The position numbers and the translations under genes are program-made. Shown piece after piece: positions 36,134 to 45,421 of a stretch of DNA of 64,000 nucleotides. Each line of letters begins with the position of its first letter. The first letter of the stretch is position 1. This DNA comes from an uncultured Nitrososphaerota archaeon (lineage in GTDB: Archaea > Korarchaeota > Korarchaeia > Korarchaeales > Korarchaeaceae), in assembly GCA_964594835.1 (NCBI GenBank), contig CAZQNA010000003.1:1-64000 (forward strand). The letters are read 5' to 3'. Below the pieces are notes generated by a model. That model had not been told where the DNA came from. It saw nothing but the letters and a program-made list of their open reading frames with translations, and made no database searches.

Positions 36134-38005
36134 CTACTCGCTCAACTCAACTCCGGCCCTCTCCAACCCTTCAATCACGTAGTCGAGGCCAAACTCCTTT
36201 AGCGTGGACCTCTTGGGTATCCCACGCTCATCCCATCCCCTGATCTCGTAGTAGTAGCCGAGGAGCTGGTCGTAGATTCCCCTGTCGAGCTTCTGCCCCG
36301 CGTACGGCCCCACGGTGAGCGGGTGCTCGAACCACCTGTCGGGCGGGTAGTCCATCCCCCTGTCCCAGCTCGGGTTCTCACGCACCCAGAAAGCCCTGAC
36401 CAGGTTGTAGATCCTGTCCGCGATCCTCTTCAGGTCGTCCCACTTGAACTCCAGCCCCGTGGCGGCAAGCAGGTACTTCTCGTACCACTCCAGGTCGAAG
36501 CCCAGCTCGATCCACGGGAGCCTGCAGGTCACGGCCGCCTCGAAGAAGCCGCCCCTTATCCTCTGCATCTCGATCAGGCTCTCAACCTTCTCCCTGCTGA
36601 CTATCTCCCTGCCCATCTTTAGCTCCCAGGAGATGAACCAGGCGTCCTTGTGGTGGGCGCCTATCGGGCTGGTCCCGTAGGCCAGGGCCATCCCGGGGAG
36701 GGTGTGGCAGTCGTACGCGGAGATCTCCAGGCCCTTGACGTGCATGGCGAACTTCTCCGCCTCCGGGCCGAGTCCCTTCGCCAGGCTGGCGGTGCCCTCG
36801 GCCATGGCGTCGCCGAACCCCCTCCTCTCGGCCAGCATCTCCGCCAGCCTGAGCATGGCCTCTCCGTCGCCCCACTTGGGCCTGACCCCATCCAGCTTGG
36901 CGTCCGAGATCATGCCCAGCTCGTAGGCCTCAGTGACGAACGCGAGGACGCTCCCCACGGATATGGTGTCGATGCCCTGCTCGTCGGCAAACAGGTTGAG
37001 AGTGAGCACCCAGTTCATGTCGTCGATCCCCAGGTTTGAGCCCAGCATGGCGCAGTTCTCGTAATCCAGCTCGGTCCTCTTCCCGGAGAACGGTCCGGCC
37101 TTGATCTCGTTGACCATGCCGCAGACCATGTTGCAGTTGGGGCAGCCCTTCTGGGCCACCTTGAACTCCTTCTCCATGGTGAGTCCGCTGATCCCCTCCC
37201 AGCCGTCGAACACGCCCTCCCTGAAGTTGAACGTCGGGAGGGTGCCGTTCTTCTGGCACCACTCCACCGTCATCATGGTGCCCTGCCTCATCCAGAAGGC
37301 GTAGGCGTCGGAGTCCCTCACGGCCAGGTACCCCTGCCTGCCCAGCTCCAGGAGTTCGTCCCTCCTGGCCGCCGGGATCTCCTTGGTTCCCCTGACCACG
37401 ACGGCCTTCAGGTTCTTGGATCCCATCACGGCCCCCATGCCGGGCCTGCCGCCGGCCCTGCCGTGCTCGGAGGTGATCACGGCGAACTTGATCAGCCTCT
37501 CCCCGCCGGGCCCTATGGTGAGGATCCCGGCTCCGGGGTACCTCTCCTCCAGGGCGTCCTGGGCCTCCTCGGCGCTCTTGCCCCAGAGGTCTCCCGCCCC
37601 CTCGAGCCTCACGTCCTCGTCCTCTATCACCAGCACGCTCGGCTGTGGGGCCCTCCCCTGTATCACCAACACGTCGTATCCCGCCTTCTTCAGCTGAACG
37701 GAGGCCTTGGTGCCGACGTTCCCGTCTCCGTAGCCGCCCGTGAGCGGCGACTTCGCCGCCACGACCAGCTTTCCGCTGCTGGGGAGGAGGAGGCCCGTCA
37801 GCGGTCCGGTGGCCAGGATCAGCCTGTTCTCGGGAGACACGGGATCGGTCCCCGGCTCCAGCTCGTCCCACAGGATCTTGGCCGCGAACCCCCTCCCGCC
37901 GAGGAGTTCCACGGCCACCTTTGGGCTGAGGTCTTGAACGGAGTGCTTACCCCTCTCCAGATCGACCCTGAGTATCCGACCGGTCCAGCCTCCGGAGATC
38001 CTCAT
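36134..38005 (-). CDS. Tungsten aldehyde:ferredoxin oxidoreductase, FOR-type
   Basis: GWTGRILRVDL, KSPLTGGYGDGN, GMGAVMGSKNLKA, FWMRQGT, CPNCNMVC, DYEN, GAHH. Confidence 0.93.
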   Translation of the reverse strand: MRISGGWTGRILRVDLERGKHSVQDLSPKVAVELLGGRGFAAKILWDELEPGTDPVSPENRLILATGPLTGLLLPSSGKLVVAAKSPLTGGYGDGNVGTKASVQLKKAGYDVLVIQGRAPQPSVLVIEDEDVRLEGAGDLWGKSAEEAQDALEERYPGAGILTIGPGGERLIKFAVITSEHGRAGGRPGMGAVMGSKNLKAVVVRGTKEIPAARRDELLELGRQGYLAVRDSDAYAFWMRQGTMMTVEWCQKNGTLPTFNFREGVFDGWEGISGLTMEKEFKVAQKGCPNCNMVCGMVNEIKAGPFSGKRTELDYENCAMLGSNLGIDDMNWVLTLNLFADEQGIDTISVGSVLAFVTEAYELGMISDAKLDGVRPKWGDGEAMLRLAEMLAERRGFGDAMAEGTASLAKGLGPEAEKFAMHVKGLEISAYDCHTLPGMALAYGTSPIGAHHKDAWFISWELKMGREIVSREKVESLIEMQRIRGGFFEAAVTCRLPWIELGFDLEWYEKYLLAATGLEFKWDDLKRIADRIYNLVRAFWVRENPSWDRGMDYPPDRWFEHPLTVGPYAGQKLDRGIYDQLLGYYYEIRGWDERGIPKRSTLKEFGLDYVIEGLERAGVELSE

Positions 38006-38113
38006 GGGAACCGACCGATCCGTCCAGAGTGTAAAAGATATAAACCTCCATTTTCGGCCCGCCGGGAGAGGGAAGCCCCGGTCCTGGGGCCGGGACCCGG
38101 CCGGCCGCCCATC

Positions 38114-39061
38114 TCAGGCCCCCTCGCCGAGCCCCGGCTCGCGACGGGACCCGACCCTGGAGAGGCTGAGGTCCTGGACCAGGACGACCTCCCCCTCCGA
38201 CAGGGGCTCCTCGCCCCCGGGAGACCACAGGCCTCCGACCAGACGGGCGAGCACCCTGAGCCCCATCCCCTCCAGCTGGCCGGGGGTGGCGCCGACGAGC
38301 CTGCCGGTCACGCGGACCGGCGAGGGGATGGGGGCCGAGCCTTCGACGTCCAGCTCGGCGGCGACCGCGAACAGGTCCGAGGATATCTCGCTGGTGCTGA
38401 GGGTCACGTCCGCCGCGCCCCCTGACCTCAGGAGCTCGCCTACCTCGCTCCTGAATGTCCTGACCACGATCCTGAGCCGCGGGTTCATCTTCCTGGCCCT
38501 CTCAGCTATGGTCGCGTTGGTCAGGTCGTCGTCGACGGTGACCAGGAGGACCCTCGCCCTCGGGACGCCGGCCCTCTCCAGGGCCGGGCCCGTGGTGGCG
38601 TCTCCGAACACCACCCTGACGCCCCGCCCCCTGAGCTCCTCTATGGCCTCGTTCCTCTCTCTGTCGGAGGGCAGGACCAGGGCCACGACGTCCACTCCGG
38701 CCCGCCTGAGGTCTCTGGCTACCCTCCTCCCGAGGTGACCCAGGCCAACCACCACCGCGTGCCCCTCCATAGCCCTCACCTTGATCTCCGTCCTGGCGTC
38801 GCGGTCGAGGCTCGCGACCTCCACGAAGCCGAGGACCGGCACCATCCTCAGCGAGAAGAAGGAGATCCAGATGAGCCACTCGTGCAGGCCCTGCGGGGCC
38901 CTGATCTCCTCCGCCAGTTCGAAGACCCCCTGGAGGCTCTCTCCCCCGACGTAGGCCGAGACCGCCGCGACCAGCGTCATGACCCCCACGAAGGCCAGGG
39001 TGGTCCTCAGGGCCTGCGAGTAGGCGACGATGGTCCTGACCGCCAGACGGAGCCCCCTCAT
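38114..39061 (-). CDS. TrkA-N/RCK NAD-binding domain membrane protein
   Basis: TM N-terminus, GHAVVVGLGHLG, VFGDAT, DDDLTN..ARKMNP. Confidence 0.8.
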   Translation of the reverse strand: MRGLRLAVRTIVAYSQALRTTLAFVGVMTLVAAVSAYVGGESLQGVFELAEEIRAPQGLHEWLIWISFFSLRMVPVLGFVEVASLDRDARTEIKVRAMEGHAVVVGLGHLGRRVARDLRRAGVDVVALVLPSDRERNEAIEELRGRGVRVVFGDATTGPALERAGVPRARVLLVTVDDDLTNATIAERARKMNPRLRIVVRTFRSEVGELLRSGGAADVTLSTSEISSDLFAVAAELDVEGSAPIPSPVRVTGRLVGATPGQLEGMGLRVLARLVGGLWSPGGEEPLSEGEVVLVQDLSLSRVGSRREPGLGEGA

Positions 39062-39235
39062 GTGGGTGAGACCACCAGGGCCCGGGGCTCCCGGATGGAG
39101 TTAACTGTTAACCGCCTCCTTGGGTGACAGGGGGTCCGAAGGTCCCGACCGCCAAGAGGAGCCCCAGCCAGCCTCGGTCGAGGCCCCGCTGGGCCGCCAG
39201 AGTTTATATCGTAATCGCGCCGGCTCCCCGGCGCG

Positions 39236-40216
39236 ATGGAGCGTCTGTCCATCTTCATCCTCCTCTCCCTCGCCGCGATCTTGGTCCTCGGCGCCGCGGC
39301 CGCGACTACGGCGTCGGACGGCGTTCAGTTCTCGATCACCTGGCACTTCAAGCAGTGGGCCGAGGATCAGGCGGGAGATCCCGTCTGGGTCTACCAGCCG
39401 GGAGAGATCGCCGTGGTGGAGCTGAACCTCACGAACGAGTGTGAACTCACCTTCGAGGTGCGCAGCGTCCGGCTCAAGGCCGAGTGGGCCCCCGAGGAGG
39501 CCTCAACCTTGAGCCTCCCGAACCCGGTCAGGGTGGCCCCCGGCGAGACGGTCAGGCTTGGGAAGATCTCCCTCAGGATTCCGAGAGACCTGCGCCCGGG
39601 GGCCTACTACTACGAGTTTGAGGTGGAGACGGCGAGCCCGGGGGGCGACGGCTGGCAGGTCGAGAGCTGGACGTTGGAGGGATACCGGAACCTCCTGATT
39701 GTTCCCAGCAGGGTCGAGTTGGACATCGACTACGACCTCGAGAAGGGGTTCCTAGTGAGGGCCGGAGGGGAGGCCAGGTTCCAGGTCCACCTGACCAACG
39801 AGGGGTCCAAGACCGCTACGGTCGAGTACGTCAGGATCTACCCGGGCTGGCCAGGCGAGGCCTACGAGGGTGAGTTCTTCAACTGCCTCCGGCCGGGTGA
39901 GGAGCCCGTCCTGGAGCCGGGCCAGGAGATCGAGTTGATGTGCAGGATCCCCATACCCCCCGACCTCCCCGAGGGGAAGTACAACTCCAATCTGGAGGTG
40001 GCCACCAGGGCCGAGTACCTCGGGGGGACCTACAAGGAGTACTGGGTGCCGGACTACTACGTGGACTACCAGATCTTGAAGCCGGAGTCCTTCCTCGAGA
40101 AGTACAAGGAGGCGCTTGGAGTGCTCACCGCCACGGCCTCCGCGATCTCTGTGATTATCGGGGTCTACAAGAAGTGGAAGGGGGGAGGCCCAAAGGAGAG
40201 GGAGAAGGGGGATTGA
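39236..40216 (+). CDS. Surface protein with two Ig-like (NEW3/CARDB-like) domains
   Basis: Signal peptide, repeated LTN..PGE..IP.DL..G.Y modules, C-terminal TM. Confidence 0.75.
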   Translation: MERLSIFILLSLAAILVLGAAAATTASDGVQFSITWHFKQWAEDQAGDPVWVYQPGEIAVVELNLTNECELTFEVRSVRLKAEWAPEEASTLSLPNPVRVAPGETVRLGKISLRIPRDLRPGAYYYEFEVETASPGGDGWQVESWTLEGYRNLLIVPSRVELDIDYDLEKGFLVRAGGEARFQVHLTNEGSKTATVEYVRIYPGWPGEAYEGEFFNCLRPGEEPVLEPGQEIELMCRIPIPPDLPEGKYNSNLEVATRAEYLGGTYKEYWVPDYYVDYQILKPESFLEKYKEALGVLTATASAISVIIGVYKKWKGGGPKEREKGD

Positions 40217-40244
40217 GGGGATTCGGCCGCGGCCGAATCCCCTC
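40215..40244. repeat. Perfect 30-bp palindrome
   Basis: GAGGGGATTCGGCCG|CGGCCGAATCCCCTC, overlapping the upstream TGA. Confidence 0.9.
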
Positions 40245-40505
40245 CGCCTAAGCGCACCTCCTCCCGCTTCAAGGGGCGAACTCCTGAATGCCGGGCCTCC
40301 CTCGGGTCAAGACGGAGAGTCTGATGCCACGCCAGCCTGATCGCACCCCTCCCTCTCACTAGACCTCGCCGCTCCCCACTCCACGGTCCCCTAGATCTCG
40401 AGCGGCAGACCGCCGACTGGCTGAGTCCGCCGCTCACGAATTGAACTTCGACCGGGATCGCAGTAAACGCTCGGGGTTTATTACGCTCGTGGAAGGACGG
40501 TTTGA

Positions 40506-42068
40506 GTGGTGAGAGGTCCGTTGAACGCCGGTCGCCTGTCGAGGCGGATCCCAGCCGTCGCGGCGGTCTGCCTCTTGGCCGTCCTGGCAGCGCCAGGACT
40601 CGCGTGCTTCAGCCCGGCAGATCGATACGCCGTCGAGGTCCTCCTGAACAAGCCGGGACTGTCCTACAACTTGTCCAGGCTCCCTCAACTCGCCGAGACC
40701 GTCCAGACGAGTTCTGGCGCCTTCGTCTTCCGGAGCCGCCACGACGACAGGCTAATCGTGGTGATCTCGGAGCAGCGACTCAGCCTTGCGGGGGTCGAGC
40801 CGGCGAGTGAGGGACCTGTCGCCTCCTTTGAGGCGACTTCGGAGATGAGCCCGGGAGAGCTGGTCGACGCCGTGGAGAGGGTCCTGGCCGGGGGACCGCA
40901 GGGCTGGAAGGTGACCGAGTACGTGTTCCCCGGCGGTCTTGAGGGGTTCGTCTTCACGAGGGACGTTGGCGACTCGGTCGTGAGGGTCTACGTGGGGGTG
41001 GCCGCAGGCAGAGTACGGATCGGCCTGTCGGTCGCGTGCGAGCCGTGCGAGGGGGAGCTCGAACCGGGACTGGCCTCCGAGATAGAGTCGGAGATCGAGG
41101 ACCTGTTGACGGAGCTGGGGCTCTCCGAGTTCCGTGACCTCATAGGTCCGCTCGAGGTGGAGGGGTCCCTCGTACGTGGGGGCGGCTGGCCTGAGAGGTA
41201 CCTGGCCGTCAGGATACAGGTGCCGATCGTCCAGAGGACGGAGACGGTCACCGTCTTCGAGTGCCACCTGGTCCGGGGGGACGTGAGACCCTCGGAGCTG
41301 AACCCGGAGGCGGCCGAGGGGCTCGGGTGGATCGTAGCCGAGGAGGGGGAGGGAGGCGGCCTGAGGTTCACGATGGAGAGGCTGATCGAGGGGGCCACCG
41401 TGAGGATAGCGGGCTCCGTGGACGCGGAAGGCGTCCTGAGGCTTGTCGTGAGGGTGGAAGGAGATCCCGAACTGGAGGAGGGCGTCTTGAGGGAGATCCG
41501 GTCCGCCCTCGGTGCGGCGGGGCTGGGCGGGCTCGGCGTGGACGCTGAATCCTTTGAGAGGTTTGAGGAGAGCGTCGGCTCCAACGTGGCGCCGGCGTTC
41601 AACGTGAGCGAGGCCGAGGTCAAGGAGGCGCTGCGATTCGAGTTGGAGCTTCTCCAGAGCCAAGGCGTCGTATCCGGCCTCACAGAGGGAGACGTCTCGG
41701 AGATAGCCGCGAGGGCCGAGCTCGGCGACTCCGGGTGGAACGAGAGGCTGGTGTGGTGGGAGGGGAGGTGGGTCCCCTACAGCGAGACGGGGCTGCCCCT
41801 CGTGAAGTGCTCGCAGCCCGTCCCCGAGTTCCTCTCTCCGGGGACCCTCGACGCCCTTGGAGCGGGAGAACTTGGCCTGGGCACCTCTCTCGGTCAGGGG
41901 ACGGTTCACGAGCCCTTCGCCCTCTGCGGAACGAGCGAACTGCCCCCCGGGAGCCAGGTCGAGGATTGGTCAGAGATCCTCCTCGTCGCGGCCCTCTCCG
42001 CGGCCGGCCTCGCCGCGGCCGCGCTGGCCCTCTTGGCTGCGAGGAGGCGGGCGGGGGCGGCGAGGTAG
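40506..42068 (+). CDS. Surface protein related to the Thermococcales CGP-CTERM-anchored Cys-rich family
   Basis: Mature start CFSPADRYAVEVLLNKPG, LAVRIQVP, GVVSGLT..D..EI..A.LG.SGWN, C-terminal TM + RRR. Confidence 0.7.
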   Translation: MVRGPLNAGRLSRRIPAVAAVCLLAVLAAPGLACFSPADRYAVEVLLNKPGLSYNLSRLPQLAETVQTSSGAFVFRSRHDDRLIVVISEQRLSLAGVEPASEGPVASFEATSEMSPGELVDAVERVLAGGPQGWKVTEYVFPGGLEGFVFTRDVGDSVVRVYVGVAAGRVRIGLSVACEPCEGELEPGLASEIESEIEDLLTELGLSEFRDLIGPLEVEGSLVRGGGWPERYLAVRIQVPIVQRTETVTVFECHLVRGDVRPSELNPEAAEGLGWIVAEEGEGGGLRFTMERLIEGATVRIAGSVDAEGVLRLVVRVEGDPELEEGVLREIRSALGAAGLGGLGVDAESFERFEESVGSNVAPAFNVSEAEVKEALRFELELLQSQGVVSGLTEGDVSEIAARAELGDSGWNERLVWWEGRWVPYSETGLPLVKCSQPVPEFLSPGTLDALGAGELGLGTSLGQGTVHEPFALCGTSELPPGSQVEDWSEILLVAALSAAGLAAAALALLAARRRAGAAR

Positions 42069-42097
42069 GCGCAGCACTCCGACTCCAACTCTCCGGG

Positions 42098-42451
42098 TCA
42101 ATCGCGGGCCTTATTCAACTCGTCTAGAAGGTTCCAGAGTTCAGACGCGGACCTGAGGATCCGGCCCGCGGCCTCGGCCCCCTTCTCCGTGGGCCTGTAG
42201 CAGGTGACGTACCTCAGCCCCCTGAGACACCTGAACCTCCTGACGTATCTCTCCCTCTCCAGCCTCTCCAGGTGCGCTCCGAGGTTGCCCGGAGTGAGAT
42301 CGAGCAGGCCCTGAATCTCGGAGAACGTCGCCTGGCCCCTGAGGAGGAGGGTCAGCATTATCGCCAGCCTGGTCGGGGAGGAGAGGGGGCCCTGTGAGAG
42401 GGTCGAGAGGAACGCCCTGACCGCCTCGCCCAGGTCACCCTCGGCGTCCAC
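42098..42451 (-). CDS. Winged-helix regulator (HTH_34/MarR-like)
   Basis: PTRLAIM..L, TFSEIQGLLDLTPGNLGAHLERLE, YRPTEKG. Confidence 0.88.
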   Translation of the reverse strand: MDAEGDLGEAVRAFLSTLSQGPLSSPTRLAIMLTLLLRGQATFSEIQGLLDLTPGNLGAHLERLERERYVRRFRCLRGLRYVTCYRPTEKGAEAAGRILRSASELWNLLDELNKARD

Positions 42452-43109
42452 CGGCGAGCACCCTCTTGGCCTTCGCCGCATAGGAGAGTCCTGCCCACGC
42501 GTAGCTCAGGGAGATCATCAGTATCATCGCGCCGTACTGCGTGACGTCGTTCCCTATGGGGAGCAGGAGGGGTATGGAGGCCAAGTTCACCACGCCGACT
42601 ATCGCGGGCTCCCTGCCGGGGCCCCTCCCTCTGAGCCTCTCTACGGCCCAGTTCGACGCGTTTCCCAGTCCGAGTGCCGAGCAGAGACTTATTGTGAGCT
42701 TGTCTGCCCACGTGAGCTCCGTGAACCTCCCGACGACGAAGGGGAGCCCGACCCCCACCGCGAACGCGAGGAGCCAAGTGGCCGCGACCCTCGACCACTC
42801 TCCGCCCCAGGCGCCCTCCTCCGACAGGGTCCGGGAGAGCTCCTCGACCCTCGACATGTTCTCGGCGAAGGCCCGCGTTATCAGGGCGGCTATGGTCAGC
42901 CATATCGCCGCCTGCAGGGCCCCGACGGTGGCGGGGGAGGCGGGCAGGGCGCTGACGGCGAGAGAGGCGGCCCCTCCCAACAGCCCGGCAACGGACCACC
43001 AGGCGTAGAGCTTCGAGATGGCGACTATTCGCTCGTACTCCAGGTATCTCCTCAGGCGGTCCAGGGTCCTAGTGAGCTCCCTAAGGTCCTCTAGGTCTAC
43101 TCCCGACAC
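42435..43109 (-). CDS. Membrane protein (~6 TM) co-transcribed with the regulator
   Basis: 224-aa hydrophobic ORF divergent from the ABC exporter. Confidence 0.75.
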   Translation of the reverse strand: MSGVDLEDLRELTRTLDRLRRYLEYERIVAISKLYAWWSVAGLLGGAASLAVSALPASPATVGALQAAIWLTIAALITRAFAENMSRVEELSRTLSEEGAWGGEWSRVAATWLLAFAVGVGLPFVVGRFTELTWADKLTISLCSALGLGNASNWAVERLRGRGPGREPAIVGVVNLASIPLLLPIGNDVTQYGAMILMISLSYAWAGLSYAAKAKRVLAGGRRG

Positions 43110-43207
43110 GGGTCGGAGGGGGCAGCGTCTAAATTAACGCCCTATCTTTGTCTGCGGCGCAGAGGACCGACTCACCTTATAACTCGGACTTTGGGAACTA
43201 AGGCAGG

Positions 43208-44143
43208 ATGCGCGCGGTGGAAGTGAACGATGTTTACAAGTCCTATGGCGACGTGGTGGCCCTGGACGGGGTCTCGCTCTCGGTCGAGGAGAGGGAGATA
43301 TACGGCCTCCTCGGACCCAACGGAGCCGGTAAGACCACGCTCATGGAGATCATAGCCGGGCTCAGGACGCCCGACTCGGGAGAGGTCAGGGTGCTCGGGA
43401 GAGACGTCCTCAGAGAGCCCAGGGAGGTGAGGAGGCTGGTCGGCTTCAACCCGCAGGAGACCTTACTCTACGACTCCCTCACGGCCAGGGAGAACCTGGA
43501 GTTCGTCGCGTCCCTCTACTCCATGCCCCACGAGAAGTTTCAGGAGAGGCTCGAGGAGCTGACGGACCTGCTGGGGATGGGAGACTTCTTGGACAGGAGG
43601 GTAGGGAAGCTCTCAGGCGGCCAGAGGAGGAGGGTCAGCCTGGCCGCCTCGCTCCTCCACAGGCCGCCCGTCATAATCCTCGACGAGCCGACCGTCGGTC
43701 TCGATCCCGACGCCAGGAGGGACTTCTGGGACCTCATAGAGCGGCTGAGGTCGGAGGAGCGCACGGTGCTCATCAGCACCCACTACATGGAGGAGGCGGA
43801 CGAGCTGTGCGACAGGGTCGCGATAATAGACCGGGGCAGGATAGTCGCGGTCGGGAGGCCGGAGGAGCTGAAGGCCAGGCACGGGGGGAAGTCCAAGATC
43901 ATCGTGAGGGTCAGGAGGAGGCAGGTGGACAGGGCGCTGGAGATCCTGAGGGGCCGCTCGCCCGAGCTGACCCCGGAGGGCATCGTGATCGAGGCGGACG
44001 ACCCGAGGACCCTCGTCCCCGACCTGGTGTACGACCTCCAGTCTGGGGGCGTCGACCCGGAGAGCGTCGAGATCAGGTCCCCGACGCTCGAGGACGTGTT
44101 CCTGAACCTCACCGGGAGGAGGCTCGCGGAGGTGGTGGAATGA
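43208..44143 (+). CDS. ABC-2 exporter ATP-binding subunit (DrrA-like)
   Basis: GPNGAGKT, LSGGQRRR, LDEPTVGLD, THYMEEA, LEDVFL. Confidence 0.95.
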   Translation: MRAVEVNDVYKSYGDVVALDGVSLSVEEREIYGLLGPNGAGKTTLMEIIAGLRTPDSGEVRVLGRDVLREPREVRRLVGFNPQETLLYDSLTARENLEFVASLYSMPHEKFQERLEELTDLLGMGDFLDRRVGKLSGGQRRRVSLAASLLHRPPVIILDEPTVGLDPDARRDFWDLIERLRSEERTVLISTHYMEEADELCDRVAIIDRGRIVAVGRPEELKARHGGKSKIIVRVRRRQVDRALEILRGRSPELTPEGIVIEADDPRTLVPDLVYDLQSGGVDPESVEIRSPTLEDVFLNLTGRRLAEVVE

Positions 44144-45369
44144 GGCCTTGGGCGGCGATCGCGAAGAAGGACGCGCTCCTCTTCTTCAGGAGCAGGTCCA
44201 CCCTCTTCTGGACCCTCGCGTTCCCCCTGGTCATGATGCTGCTCTTCTCGGCCATATTCGGGGGACAGGACGGCTCCATGTACGACGTCGCGCTGGTGGA
44301 TCGCGACGGGGGTCAGCTGGCCCGCGTCTTTGCGGAGGCGCTGAACTCCACGGACCTGTTCAACCTCCACCGGTTCGACGACCTCGAGGCCGCGAAGGAG
44401 GCCGTGAAGCTGGGGAGGGAGGACCTGGTGGGTCTCCTGGTGATCCCGCCGGGGTTCACCGAGAACCTGACCTCCGGGCGGGGGGCGAGGATCCAGTTCT
44501 TCGTCAGGGAGGGGAGCCCGCAGACGCAGCAGGCCATCACCTCCATGGTGACCGGGTTCGTCGAGGGGTTCAACGAGGAGTACAGGCGGAGGTCCCTGGA
44601 GATGATGTCCGCGTACCTGCCGGAGAACCTGTCGATCCCGGGGCTCGGGGGCTCGATGTCTCGAGAGGACCTGATCGAGTACATGGAGACGTTCGCCCAC
44701 CCCGTTGACGTCACGGTCGCCCTGATCAGCAGGCCTGAGGTGACCTCCGAGACCGCAGCCTACTGGGAGAACGAGGGGCACTGGGTCTCCATCATGTTCG
44801 CCTACTCGTTCATATTCTCCGGCATGGTGGGGGCCGCCGCGCTCCTAGCCAGCGAGAAGATGACCAAGACGCTGAAGAGGATCAAGATGTCCCCGGCCTC
44901 GATATGGCAGCTCTTGGCGGGGAAGGTCGTCGGCGAGCTGATCATACTCACGCTGTCCCAGGTAATTCTCGTCGCCGTCACGGTCCTGATTCTGAGGCCG
45001 GAGATAAACTGGAGCCCGGCCCTCGTGCCGCTGATCCTGACGGGTGACCTGGCGGGATCGAGCCTGGGCCTCCTCGTGGCGGAGGCCTCGCCAGACCCGA
45101 GGGCCGCGGCCGAGGCGACGACGGCAGTCGGCGTTTTCCTGCAGTTCTTCATAGGGATGTACTTCCCGATTCAGTTCCTACCCGGTCCGCTGAGGGCGTT
45201 CGCGAAGGTCCTGCCCTTCACCAAGGCCGTCCAGGCCCTAGACCTGGTCCTCCTGCAGGGGTACGGCCTGGAGCAGGTGGTGGCCCCGGCCGCCTACCTC
45301 GCTGTCTCGGCCGTCACCTTCACGGCCTTGGCGGTGGCGCTGTTCCCGAAGTGGGCCGGCGAGGAGTAG
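44140..45369 (+). CDS. ABC-2 exporter permease
   Basis: FW..AFPL, large extracellular loop, EK..TLKR, FP.QFLP. ATG 44140. Confidence 0.9.
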   Translation: MRPWAAIAKKDALLFFRSRSTLFWTLAFPLVMMLLFSAIFGGQDGSMYDVALVDRDGGQLARVFAEALNSTDLFNLHRFDDLEAAKEAVKLGREDLVGLLVIPPGFTENLTSGRGARIQFFVREGSPQTQQAITSMVTGFVEGFNEEYRRRSLEMMSAYLPENLSIPGLGGSMSREDLIEYMETFAHPVDVTVALISRPEVTSETAAYWENEGHWVSIMFAYSFIFSGMVGAAALLASEKMTKTLKRIKMSPASIWQLLAGKVVGELIILTLSQVILVAVTVLILRPEINWSPALVPLILTGDLAGSSLGLLVAEASPDPRAAAEATTAVGVFLQFFIGMYFPIQFLPGPLRAFAKVLPFTKAVQALDLVLLQGYGLEQVVAPAAYLAVSAVTFTALAVALFPKWAGEE

Positions 45370-45421
45370 CCGAGGGTCGCGGAGCCGGGCGAGGTGGAGA
45401 GGGGGGAAGGGGGGGTCGCCC

